A stretch of DNA of 46,153 nt. It comes from a virus. The position numbers were made by a program, and so were the translations under genes. Shown one piece after another: positions 37,010 through 45,775 of this stretch. The notes under the pieces are model-generated. The model worked only from the letters and a program-made list of their open reading frames with translations, did no database searches and was not told the origin of the DNA. Position 1 is the first letter of the stretch; each line of letters opens with the position of its first letter. Location of the stretch: the UHGV virus genome UHGV-0219331; one strand, 5' to 3'.

Positions 37010-38677
37010 CTACTTAATCCGGTCAATGTTTACCGGTACTTCCAACTGCGCAGACAATTCAAACATCTTCTTATTCAACTCTGCCTGTTTCTCCGGTGTC
37101 GTTGTCTCCAGCCTGGATTGCTCATAAAGTTTATGCATTGGTCCATCCTTAATTTTGAAGCTTTCCGGCGTATGGAATTGTACTTCAAATTTCTGCCCAG
37201 ATGGGGCCTTGAAAATACAGTTGACACCTTTATATGCCGAATGCTTATCCAACCAGGTATTCTTTACCCTTATCACCTCATACCCTTTTGCCTTCATAGC
37301 ATCCGTGACATTCATATATGCATTTGTTAGGTTCAGTGGATTATCCTGGTAGGTATACCGGATTACATCATTTGTGGAGTTAATAGTGTCCGTAATGACT
37401 TGTGCATCCAGGCTATGATTGCTGTCTGTTCCCACCTTGCGCAGGAAGGAATCTTTCGTTTTTACACGGTGCTCCAGTCCAATCATAGACACCCCTGTAT
37501 CATTTGATATCTTGGTCAAATCAGCAGTGATTTCCGGTTCTTTTGCAATGATTTTTCCATATGCATTTGATTTCCGATAAATGGCCTGCGTTTCCTTCCA
37601 TTTTACAGATTCATTATACTTCATGTCCCTGAACTTTTCAAAGGTTTTCGGCATGTCATTACCACATACCTTTCGATACCGATTATACTGCTTGTAATCA
37701 TTTAACAGCTTCTGTCGGTTCCTTACCTTTTCTTTATATGCCGCAATCTGCTTCTTGGTTCGTGGGTCCACTGTAATCGGATTCTTTTCAAAACTGGAGA
37801 AGTCCTTATCCTTCTGAATCTGCTTATCTGTCTTCCCTATAGTCGTGTATTTGACTAGGGAGTGCAGGCAGTTCGGATGGATGTTCAGATAGGTATTGGA
37901 CAGTTCATCCGGACCAGATGGGTCAATCTTTCCAAAAGCCTTCGCCAATGCGGGATAATCCGGATTAGTTCCGGAACGGCTATATACCCGGCCTTCCAGC
38001 GGGGCACATATCGGGCAGGTGCTGCCAATCTTAACAATCTTATACAGGTCATGCTCTGGGTCCGCTGTCAGGATGGCGGATATCTCCGCTTGCCTGGCAG
38101 TTGCCCTGGTTGCCATGTTACAATAGTCCTGCAAAGACCATTTTCGTCCTGCCTTATCCACAAAGGATGTGACTCCATTGCGTTCCAGTTCCTGGGCCAT
38201 ACTAACCGCTGCTTTCCCGGTGCCATAACCAGACGCTTGCTGCTCTGCTACAGCTTGCAAAGCAGTATTCCGAAGTGCCCCCTCCTGCTGCCTACCAACC
38301 TGAAACACTTTCTCAATCGTCTTTTGCGCGGTAGTTGACGCTTCCACAATGTCCCCCAGCAGATTGTTAGACAGCTGCTCCACAATCCCCATCTGCGTTG
38401 CCGTAAGCCCGGCTGCGTTGGCATAACCATTGGCGGCAGCTTCAGACCGATAAAATATGGACTCTATCATGGTCGGCACATAGTTCCAGCTCTCATCCAC
38501 CATCTCCTGCAGTATCTGCTGGGTACGTTTGAGGGCTGCCACTTCTGCGTAGTCTACATACCCATTGATACGTTTATGGTTAATCTCGGCAATCAGGCGC
38601 CGTTCCGTACGCAGGAATAACATCCGCAGGAACCTGGTCTTATCATCTTTATCCGGTGGCCGTATAAGTGTCGGCAT
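37010..38677 (-). CDS. Head morphogenesis (Mu F / SPP1 gp7-like) protein fused to a C-terminal RelA/SpoT-like nucleotide pyrophosphokinase (toxSAS-like) domain
   Basis: MuF motif CPICAPLEGRVY. The C-terminal ~200 aa show HRVKTKDSFLRKV (cf. GRPKHIYSIWRKM), DVIRYT and YKGVNCIFKAPSGQKFEVQFHT (cf. GYQSIHTVV..VEIQIRT). Confidence 0.7.
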   Translation of the reverse strand: MPTLIRPPDKDDKTRFLRMLFLRTERRLIAEINHKRINGYVDYAEVAALKRTQQILQEMVDESWNYVPTMIESIFYRSEAAANGYANAAGLTATQMGIVEQLSNNLLGDIVEASTTAQKTIEKVFQVGRQQEGALRNTALQAVAEQQASGYGTGKAAVSMAQELERNGVTSFVDKAGRKWSLQDYCNMATRATARQAEISAILTADPEHDLYKIVKIGSTCPICAPLEGRVYSRSGTNPDYPALAKAFGKIDPSGPDELSNTYLNIHPNCLHSLVKYTTIGKTDKQIQKDKDFSSFEKNPITVDPRTKKQIAAYKEKVRNRQKLLNDYKQYNRYRKVCGNDMPKTFEKFRDMKYNESVKWKETQAIYRKSNAYGKIIAKEPEITADLTKISNDTGVSMIGLEHRVKTKDSFLRKVGTDSNHSLDAQVITDTINSTNDVIRYTYQDNPLNLTNAYMNVTDAMKAKGYEVIRVKNTWLDKHSAYKGVNCIFKAPSGQKFEVQFHTPESFKIKDGPMHKLYEQSRLETTTPEKQAELNKKMFELSAQLEVPVNIDRIK

Positions 38678-40122
38678 TATCCATCATCCTCCCCGGCTCC
38701 AAAGGCTCCAGGCAATGCCAGTCCTGCCAGCGGGTCCTGCATAGCCTTGTAATCTGAGTATGTCCTGCCCTTCGCCTGTTCAATTGCTTCGTCTGATATG
38801 GTATTGTACATGCCTGTCTCATCAGCCAGCGCTTTAAGCTCCTTCTGGGCCGTGGCCGCGTCAATCAGGTCGCTCTGATAGACGGACAATACCGCCTGTG
38901 TCTTCTTCTCTGTTATATCCGCGACCTCATTGGAATCTGGGGTCTGAAGCGGCGGGAAATCTACGTCCATGTCATCAGGGACCGTCCCCCAGGCAGAGAG
39001 GGCCATGATTGGTAACAGGCGCTCCATGATTGGCCGCAGCTGGTTCTCCCGCAGGCCATCTATGTAATCGTAATAGTTGTTCATGTCGCTCTCACCAGTG
39101 GCATTCATACCAGCTGGCGACCGTCCAAACAGTTTCGTGACCGGAGTCTTGGCCGCGCCAGCTACATCCATCATCACCCGGTCATATACCTCTGGCAGGC
39201 CGGTAAACGTGTACTGGGTATTATGCATGACATCACCCTTGTTGACCAGACGCGTGCCAAAGTTGCTTTCTATCACGCTCTGGGCCTGCAGGGTCTGCCA
39301 GAACCGGCGCTGGGCCTCCGCATTGCTGGTTGCAAGCATCTGATCCAGGCTGTCTGTTTCCATGTAGTTAACATTGGCCCGGAAGGTCAGGGATGCTATG
39401 TTAGCGGATACATTGTCTCGCTTCACCAGTTCGCTGTATATGGCTTCCAGTTCTGATTCCCCCCAGTAATTCTCTGCTATTTTCTCATTGTACGGAAGTT
39501 CTCGGCCCGTAAAGCGCAGGACCCTGCTGTGGTGCACCCTGGATATCAGCGTGCCGCTCTCTTCATCTCGGATGGTATAGTATTCCGGTAGACCGAAGTC
39601 CTGGTCTGATGGGTCTGTCACCTGTCCCAATTCCGGATAGATGCCGCTCCATCTGTCCAATATCATCAGCCCAAGGAAGCATCCCGGAAGCACCAGTCCA
39701 TAGTCCAGCGGCAGTGATAGGTCATCCTGGCCGCGTACCATGATGATTCCGGCCGCACCCCCATACAGTCTGCCCCAATACATCCCTTCAAGGAGGGATT
39801 TGCGCAGGTGTACCTTCCGTTCCATCCGCTGCATGGAATCTATGTATTCAGGGGCCACATTGCTTTGGATGGTATACCACTTACGGACCATGTCTCCCGG
39901 TATCGTCTCAATGATGTTCTGGACAATCCAATTCTCCCGATACAGGCTGGTCAGCAGCTGGTAATTCTGGGTCATACGGGTAAGTGGGTATTGTGTGGCC
40001 TGCAGGAGGTCCTGAGTGCCATATCCCAGCCGCGCTATTGGATTAGAAAAGGCATCCATCGTTGTGACGGGTGCCTGCTTTGTGTCTGCCCGCACATGAC
40101 GGGTGCTCCTACGTTTTGACAT
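38677..40122 (-). CDS. Portal protein (DUF1073/XkdE-like)
   Basis: 481 aa. ATGA overlap with MuF. Follows terL. Confidence 0.8.
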   Translation of the reverse strand: MSKRRSTRHVRADTKQAPVTTMDAFSNPIARLGYGTQDLLQATQYPLTRMTQNYQLLTSLYRENWIVQNIIETIPGDMVRKWYTIQSNVAPEYIDSMQRMERKVHLRKSLLEGMYWGRLYGGAAGIIMVRGQDDLSLPLDYGLVLPGCFLGLMILDRWSGIYPELGQVTDPSDQDFGLPEYYTIRDEESGTLISRVHHSRVLRFTGRELPYNEKIAENYWGESELEAIYSELVKRDNVSANIASLTFRANVNYMETDSLDQMLATSNAEAQRRFWQTLQAQSVIESNFGTRLVNKGDVMHNTQYTFTGLPEVYDRVMMDVAGAAKTPVTKLFGRSPAGMNATGESDMNNYYDYIDGLRENQLRPIMERLLPIMALSAWGTVPDDMDVDFPPLQTPDSNEVADITEKKTQAVLSVYQSDLIDAATAQKELKALADETGMYNTISDEAIEQAKGRTYSDYKAMQDPLAGLALPGAFGAGEDDG

Positions 40123-41497
40123 ATATCCCTATCCTCCATTCCGGCAACTTCGTGAATATGTAATACCGCAAAGCATCCGGTCCATGGTCCAGCTGCTTCA
40201 CCGGCTTTTCCTCCCCACGTTCCCTGGCCTTGTCATCCCAGACATAGGACCGCAACTCTGTAATAAGGCCCGTGCATCTCTCATGTATCCTTATCTTGCC
40301 TCTGTAAAACATGGATGACACGGCCCGGATACCATCCTCCACATCGTTCTCAGCCGGTTTCACAACATAGCCCCGCCCTCGTAACTCCGTGATAAAGCTG
40401 GCCGCTGATGGGTCCGCTATGATATCAGCCATCAAATCCGGATTATTTCCCATGAAATCGACCATATCATCACCATATTGACTGTCCGTTTTCTGTACCT
40501 TCTCCACACGGCTGTCCCATCGGTATTCACGGTCCACCCAGATGATGTCTCCATCGTCATAGATGTCCAGATATACACATGGGTTAGTGGTCCCATAGTC
40601 CAGTGCAATTGTACGGACACTGAGATATTCCAGCCCTTTTGGCCTTGTATCATCATCATAGATATTAGCCTTTGTGAACATGGTATATATCAGGCCCTCA
40701 GCCACAGCCCATAGGCCTTTTATATAACGCAGGAAAAAGACACCTGCGTACATGCTCCGGTATCTCTTCTTTATTTCTTCATCTAAGGACAGGTTATCGT
40801 CCATCGTGAAGTGAAGGTATAGCAGCCGTTTAACTTCTTGTCCCTTCTCTTGCAATTCTCTGGCTCTTCTCTGTCCAATGAATCCAATTGCCCGGTCAAT
40901 CCATCCAACCTTAAACCAATGCATAGGTCCGGATGGATTACAGTTAAACCAGAATTTACTTCCGGTCACAGAGCATCGGCCTGTAGCCTGGTTGACAAAG
41001 GACTCGGGCATCAAGGCCACCTCATCGAAAAACGCCCCTGCCGCTGTGATACCCTGTACCAGTTCCTGGGAACCCTCGTCCTTACCACCGAAGATGTAGA
41101 AGTAATTGGTAACCCCCTTCCGGGTGACCTCCAGCATATTGGGTGTCTCACCAGACAGATGGTGTATGCATCTATATCCCCGACTCCGTAGCATGGTCTT
41201 AAGGTTAGTCAATACATTACGCTGGAAGGAACTGATTGTCTTGCCAGCCATGATGAAGTTTTGGCCGTCAAACGATTCCATTGCCCAGAATATAAATGAT
41301 AAGGACATGCTTACCGTTTTCCCGGAACGGATGGCCCCATCCGCTATGATGCCGTCATAGTCCTTCACTGGGCTATTTGGCATCCACCAGTGAAGGACCT
41401 TACGTTGCTTTTTGGAAAATGGTGCGAACTTAAATATCGGCCTCTTCTTCGTTTTCATCTGACCATCCATCCTCTTCGTTATTGTCAGCCCAATCAT
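40109..41497 (-). CDS. terL: Terminase large subunit (PBSX XtmB-like)
   Basis: Walker A GAIRSGKTVS, and nuclease motifs in the C-terminal half. Confidence 0.9.
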   Translation of the reverse strand: MIGLTITKRMDGQMKTKKRPIFKFAPFSKKQRKVLHWWMPNSPVKDYDGIIADGAIRSGKTVSMSLSFIFWAMESFDGQNFIMAGKTISSFQRNVLTNLKTMLRSRGYRCIHHLSGETPNMLEVTRKGVTNYFYIFGGKDEGSQELVQGITAAGAFFDEVALMPESFVNQATGRCSVTGSKFWFNCNPSGPMHWFKVGWIDRAIGFIGQRRARELQEKGQEVKRLLYLHFTMDDNLSLDEEIKKRYRSMYAGVFFLRYIKGLWAVAEGLIYTMFTKANIYDDDTRPKGLEYLSVRTIALDYGTTNPCVYLDIYDDGDIIWVDREYRWDSRVEKVQKTDSQYGDDMVDFMGNNPDLMADIIADPSAASFITELRGRGYVVKPAENDVEDGIRAVSSMFYRGKIRIHERCTGLITELRSYVWDDKARERGEEKPVKQLDHGPDALRYYIFTKLPEWRIGIYVKT

Positions 41498-41900
41498 CTT
41501 CTACTGTACTTTTCAATGCATCCAGGAATCCATCATCCTCCTGCGCCTCATCATCCACACCCATGTTGGCCTTAGTAGCATCCATACGTAGCTTCTGTTC
41601 TTCTAAATCCACATCAGATTTAGAGGTCTGCCCCAATACATCCTTAATGGCCATATATGCCTTGACATTCCCATTCATGGCCTCCCTGACCATGGCAGCG
41701 CTGATGACAGTTTCCAGCGTGCTGTCCAACCCCAAGGCCTCCAAAATTGGTGTCCAGTCCGGAATATCCACCTCGGAGGTGAGGATGGCGTTCATGGTCT
41801 GACGCAGGTTTGCCTTGCGGCGCCTGGCCTCGCCCGATGCTTTCCCGGCTTTGGAGGCATTCGCCCGGCGTTCGTCCGGTGTTGAACTCCTATACTGCAT
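41430..41900 (-). CDS. terS: Terminase small subunit (putative)
   Basis: Start at MQYRSS after TAAGGAaccta. Basic N-terminus, acidic C-terminus. Overlaps the terL start. Confidence 0.5.
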   Translation of the reverse strand: MQYRSSTPDERRANASKAGKASGEARRRKANLRQTMNAILTSEVDIPDWTPILEALGLDSTLETVISAAMVREAMNGNVKAYMAIKDVLGQTSKSDVDLEEQKLRMDATKANMGVDDEAQEDDGFLDALKSTVEDDWADNNEEDGWSDENEEEADI

Positions 41901-41958
41901 TAGGTTCCTTACATTTGCCAACCACCTCACCTTCCAATCCGGCTCATTTTAGGTACAG

Positions 41959-41990
41959 AAAAAGCCCCAAGCCTGTTACAGCCTGGGGCT
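41959..41990 (-). terminator. Rho-independent terminator downstream of tRNA (hairpin 41964-41990 plus T-run on minus strand)
   Basis: AGCCCCAGGCTGTAACAGGCTTGGGGCT-TTTTT read on the minus strand. Confidence 0.5.
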
Positions 41991-42033
41991 CTTAAAAAAG
42001 AGAAAATCAGGGTATCAAATGTATCTGTCTAAA

Positions 42034-42107
42034 TAGCGAGGGCAGGATTCGGACCTGCGACCTCCGGGTTATGGGCCCGGTGAGCTGCCAGACTGCTCCA
42101 CCTCGCC
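42034..42107 (-). tRNA. tRNA-Met (anticodon CAT), initiator-type
   Basis: Manual cloverleaf: acceptor GGCGAGG/CCTCGCT with G1-U72, D-stem GAGC/GCTC, anticodon stem CCGGG/CCCGG (three G-C pairs at 29-31:39-41), loop CCCAUAA, T-arm GCAGG-TCCGAAT-CCTGC, discriminator A. CCA is not encoded. Close to B. subtilis/E. coli tRNA-fMet. Confidence 0.7.
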
Positions 42108-42232
42108 TTAGTGCCCGGATGGGGGAACCGGGCAAATATCCTTGGGGAGGATAGGAAGCAGCCTTTACACCACTTCCAGTCTACACTATAACATTTTAAA
42201 TCGTGACATGTGTGACATTCGTGACATTTTTT

Positions 42233-42658
42233 TCATTTTCCGCTCATAAATCTTTCAAATTCTTTCTTAATGCCATTCTCTGTGGCCTTCCTTCCCATCC
42301 TGGCCGCCACTTCCCCCCAGGTCCTATCTTCAAAGAATTTCATCCTGATTATCCGCTGCATCCGCATCGGCACCGTAATCATCCATGCCTCCACCTCCAG
42401 CTTAAGTTCCCGCGCTCTGGCCTTCTGTTGTTCCAGGATACGCTCCTCCGCCTCAAGGCTCCCAGGATCCTGCACCACGGAGTATGGTATGCCCTCAATG
42501 TGGTATGTCTGCTCCGTATAAGGGAACCCTTGCATGGAACCTTTGACCACCCCCTGGACAATAGTCTTACGTTGCCGCTTAATCCTCCGGATTTCCTCTT
42601 CTGTCTCTTTGACTATCGCGCAGGCGTCTATGTACTGTCTTAATATGTCCTTGTCCAT
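42233..42658 (-). CDS. ArpU/RinA-like late transcriptional activator (sigma-70 region-4-like HTH)
   Basis: RMQRIIRMKFFEDRTWGEVAARMG. Start at MDKDIL after AGGAGGTGAtaccgATG. Upstream of the tRNA/terS. Confidence 0.65.
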   Translation of the reverse strand: MDKDILRQYIDACAIVKETEEEIRRIKRQRKTIVQGVVKGSMQGFPYTEQTYHIEGIPYSVVQDPGSLEAEERILEQQKARARELKLEVEAWMITVPMRMQRIIRMKFFEDRTWGEVAARMGRKATENGIKKEFERFMSGK

Positions 42659-42929
42659 CGGTATCACCTCCTGACACAATTGCAATCCTACTCAAGTCAT
42701 ACATGCTGTTCCTGAACCAAGATGTTACCTGGTCCCACTCAAGCTCCCATGATGACGGTTCCGCATCTATCCGTTTGAATGTGTACCTGCCCTTATAGGG
42801 TTTTCCACTGTCCGCATAGTGACTCGGTATAGACCGATTAATGCCCATTATAGCCTGCACTTGCGCACTGGTATATTGTCCTAGATAATTCTCATGATCA
42901 TATACTGCATAAGAGTATATAGGTTTCAC
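42579..42929 (-). CDS. Hypothetical protein (3' end overlaps the late regulator by ~80 nt; boundaries uncertain)
   Basis: 116-aa ORF. Confidence 0.3.
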   Translation of the reverse strand: MKPIYSYAVYDHENYLGQYTSAQVQAIMGINRSIPSHYADSGKPYKGRYTFKRIDAEPSSWELEWDQVTSWFRNSMYDLSRIAIVSGGDTDGQGHIKTVHRRLRDSQRDRRGNPED

Positions 42930-42959
42930 CCCCTACCGCTCCTTTCTTTAAATTTCAGT

Positions 42960-43280
42960 TTAATGTGTCAATGATGACTTACTTACCAACCCAATTTTTC
43001 TCATTTTTCTCATAAATAACTTCATTTCGTAATATGTAAGTCCGACACAGGTGTTACCAATCTTCTTATTGTCCATCAAATCTTTATCATATGACTGAAT
43101 AATGTGTTTACCTGATTTTTTATGTAATAAATCAACGCATTGTGTATACTTATATTTTTTATTGTATCTTTCGTAACAGGCTCCGTATTCATCGTATGAT
43201 ACCTTTGTAAATCCAATTTCTTTTAACTTGTCATCAATATTTTTAAATAATTTCATCATGTATTCCACTTTCTCCGACAC
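42960..43280 (-). CDS. Hypothetical protein in a conspicuously AT-rich segment
   Basis: 106 aa, K/Y-rich. Local GC is well below the neighbours. Confidence 0.4.
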   Translation of the reverse strand: MSEKVEYMMKLFKNIDDKLKEIGFTKVSYDEYGACYERYNKKYKYTQCVDLLHKKSGKHIIQSYDKDLMDNKKIGNTCVGLTYYEMKLFMRKMRKIGLVSKSSLTH

Positions 43281-43307
43281 TCAGCAGTCGGCTGCTAAAT
43301 TTTAATA

Positions 43308-43550
43308 TTAGTGGATTATCGCCTGTCCACATGTAGAGCAGCGACCCGTGCTTACGCAATCTTCCGTTGTTGATGTGCCACAATTGGGACAGGTATAAAA
43401 TCCCTTATCATATGTACATCTCTTGTAAATGTCCTTTTGCATAGATGCTATAGCGATTTTATACGCCTCCTCGATATCGGAAAAACTTTCACCATCATTA
43501 GGGATTGTTGTTTTTCTTCTTATAATTTCTATGGCCTTTTCAATTTTCAT
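43308..43550 (-). CDS. Zinc-ribbon protein
   Basis: CPNCG...CSTCG. Confidence 0.4.
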   Translation of the reverse strand: MKIEKAIEIIRRKTTIPNDGESFSDIEEAYKIAIASMQKDIYKRCTYDKGFYTCPNCGTSTTEDCVSTGRCSTCGQAIIH

Positions 43551-43573
43551 TAGCTACAGTCCTTTCTCAAATG

Positions 43574-43912
43574 CTAATTTTCTACTTTTCTACAATCACT
43601 GAACCATTCCAAATTAAAACGGTCCGGAACGTCAATTTCTAATACCGGCGAATACTCACAATCTCCATTAACCAACCTGATAGGCCAGTCTGGTAATGAA
43701 TCTCCTTCTGATTCCATGCTAAATCCAATCACCCAGCATCCTCCATTAATGTGGCTTGCTGTATAGTGCCCTACCACAAGAAGGCTTGCCGTCCCTGCTG
43801 TAATTAAACACTGAATCGGCTTACAGCTCCCGCAATTATCAACGTCCTGATTTGTTACCCCATACTCACCAAAAGTATCATCACTATATCCCTGAAATCT
43901 TAAAGTTTTCAT
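43574..43912 (-). CDS. Hypothetical protein
   Basis: 112 aa. Confidence 0.4.
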   Translation of the reverse strand: MKTLRFQGYSDDTFGEYGVTNQDVDNCGSCKPIQCLITAGTASLLVVGHYTASHINGGCWVIGFSMESEGDSLPDWPIRLVNGDCEYSPVLEIDVPDRFNLEWFSDCRKVEN

Positions 43913-43951
43913 TTTTCTTTCCTTTCCTCCGGTTCTATCGGAAATGTTAAA

Positions 43952-44134
43952 TTACTCCATCAACGCCGCTATCGCCAAGAAATAGCTTACACACTCACGG
44001 CACATGTAGTAGCTGTCACCGTGCCGATGAATAAGATACATCTCTGGTCGTCGATATCCACACGCAGAGCATTTTGCAGATTCCTTAGTGGTTTTCCTGA
44101 TGGACATTTCATAATCATTTATTTTTTCTTTCAT
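43952..44134 (-). CDS. Small zinc-finger protein
   Basis: CSACG...CREC. Confidence 0.35.
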   Translation of the reverse strand: MKEKINDYEMSIRKTTKESAKCSACGYRRPEMYLIHRHGDSYYMCRECVSYFLAIAALME

Positions 44135-45540
44135 GCTCCGGCTCCTTCATGTGCCGCCAGCAGCATCCTGTAAGCCTCCAGCGCCATCGTGTGTTTAGTG
44201 TAGTGGTATGGCTGTTTCTCCATCCAAGCTGGTCCCATTAGACGCAACTGATCCTCCTCAAACTTAATCATGCTTTGAAGGATTGACTTATCATACGTAT
44301 CTACTGGCTTAGCTTTTTTCGGCGGATACTTTGCAGCATCTTCCACTTTCTGCTGCACTTCCGCAGCGGATTCCCCATCATGTTCCTCTGGAACTACCTC
44401 TGGCCTGCGCTCTGAACTATAACACTCCAGCTTGCAGTCCCCACGCCTGACACAGTCCCAGCAGCACGCCTGGCTGCAGTTCTCCCCGGTACCTGGGGTA
44501 AGTTTATGGGCCTCCTCCAGGGTGCAGTCAAATTCCGGCCGGTGGATGCACTTCCCGGACTTTTCTGGATGGGTCTGTTCCGGCCTTGGTGGTTCTGGTC
44601 CCGTCTGGGATTCCCCACTGGGTTCCGGCTGTCCCTTATTCCTGTTCCAATACTGATATTCTTCCTCCAGGCGGGCATTTTCCACGTCAAACACTGTCCG
44701 GCCCGTATCCGTATAGAAAACTGTAATGTCCTGCCTTTTAAGGACTTTGTACGTCAGGCCAAGGGCCGCCACCTCACACTCCTTTTCAGGCCTTGCATAC
44801 CCGCTATCCAGGTATTTCCTGACAACCGCGGCAATCGTGGCACCATAGGCACCATCAATTGTCCTGTCACTGGCAGTGAAATGTATTACCTCTGGTCCTG
44901 AGTCCTGTTGCGATATCGCAATGGTTTCCTTCCCAGAATCCGGTTCATCCTGTGGCAGCAGGTCTGCCGCTGATATGGTATAGGCCTGTTTTTCAGGACT
45001 GCCGGTCACCATCTCTTTCCTGGCTTGGGCAGCTGCCGCTACATCTTCCGGTTCCACGCCGGGTAAGTCCGTCAGTTCAATCTGGCCAGGAATGGCAATG
45101 TAGGGTATTTCCTTCGGCTTCTTCATCTCCCGTATCTGGACCACCGTCATGTCCGGGGTGACTTTCTCCAGCTGCTCCGCGTCCAGGCTTAACATCTCCT
45201 GGAGCTGGGACTTGTTGAAATCCTTATACTTCTCATCCAGGATTGGGCTGTTCCCATTCACAGAAAACTTATCGTTCCGCGTTATGTACCTGGATGTGGT
45301 CGAAGCACTGAAACCGAACCGGTCCTTCGCATATTCGCATATATCCTTGTATCCAGCCTCCTTAAACAGCTCATTCCTGTTCACACATTTGAGATAATAG
45401 CCAATTGCTATCACGCTCCTGGCCGCTGACTTAAGGTTGGCCTGTATGTAGATTTCTGCATCCTCCAGGCTGACCCCCTCATACCACTTCTGTGCCGCTG
45501 GGGCTGTCTCCTCCACGGCGCCGGTTACCAGTTCTTCCAT
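44131..45540 (-). CDS. DUF3102/ParB-KorB-HTH-like phage early protein with Cys-rich C-terminus
   Basis: Start at MEELVTG after GAGGGGAGGAaaggacATG. Region SVIAIGYYLKCVNRNELFKEAGYKDICEYAKDRFGFSASTTSRYI. Contains palindrome copy P5. Confidence 0.5.
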   Translation of the reverse strand: MEELVTGAVEETAPAAQKWYEGVSLEDAEIYIQANLKSAARSVIAIGYYLKCVNRNELFKEAGYKDICEYAKDRFGFSASTTSRYITRNDKFSVNGNSPILDEKYKDFNKSQLQEMLSLDAEQLEKVTPDMTVVQIREMKKPKEIPYIAIPGQIELTDLPGVEPEDVAAAAQARKEMVTGSPEKQAYTISAADLLPQDEPDSGKETIAISQQDSGPEVIHFTASDRTIDGAYGATIAAVVRKYLDSGYARPEKECEVAALGLTYKVLKRQDITVFYTDTGRTVFDVENARLEEEYQYWNRNKGQPEPSGESQTGPEPPRPEQTHPEKSGKCIHRPEFDCTLEEAHKLTPGTGENCSQACCWDCVRRGDCKLECYSSERRPEVVPEEHDGESAAEVQQKVEDAAKYPPKKAKPVDTYDKSILQSMIKFEEDQLRLMGPAWMEKQPYHYTKHTMALEAYRMLLAAHEGAGA

Positions 45541-45775
45541 GTCCTTTCCTCCCCTCAGTTTTTGTGTATCTATACCCAGGTACCGTGATGGTCCTGGGAC
45601 ATTCGTCAATGTAATTAATCAGACCATCTGCCCGCATATCCCGTAAGTGGTTGAATATCGTAGATGTTGATGTATATCCTACCCCTTCCGATATCTCCCT
45701 GGTTGTAGGCGGGTATCCATGGTCCAGCATATAACCGGTTATGTAGTCAAGTATCTTCTGGTGTGTTTCCTTCAT
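45479..45775 (-). CDS. LexA N-terminal-domain-like winged-helix DNA-binding protein (no peptidase domain)
   Basis: ILDYITGYMLDHGYPPTTREISEGVGYTSTSTIFNHLRDMRADGLINY matches the LexA_DNA_bind architecture. 98 aa with an R/G-rich tail. Confidence 0.55.
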   Translation of the reverse strand: MKETHQKILDYITGYMLDHGYPPTTREISEGVGYTSTSTIFNHLRDMRADGLINYIDECPRTITVPGYRYTKTEGRKGHGRTGNRRRGGDSPSGTEVV

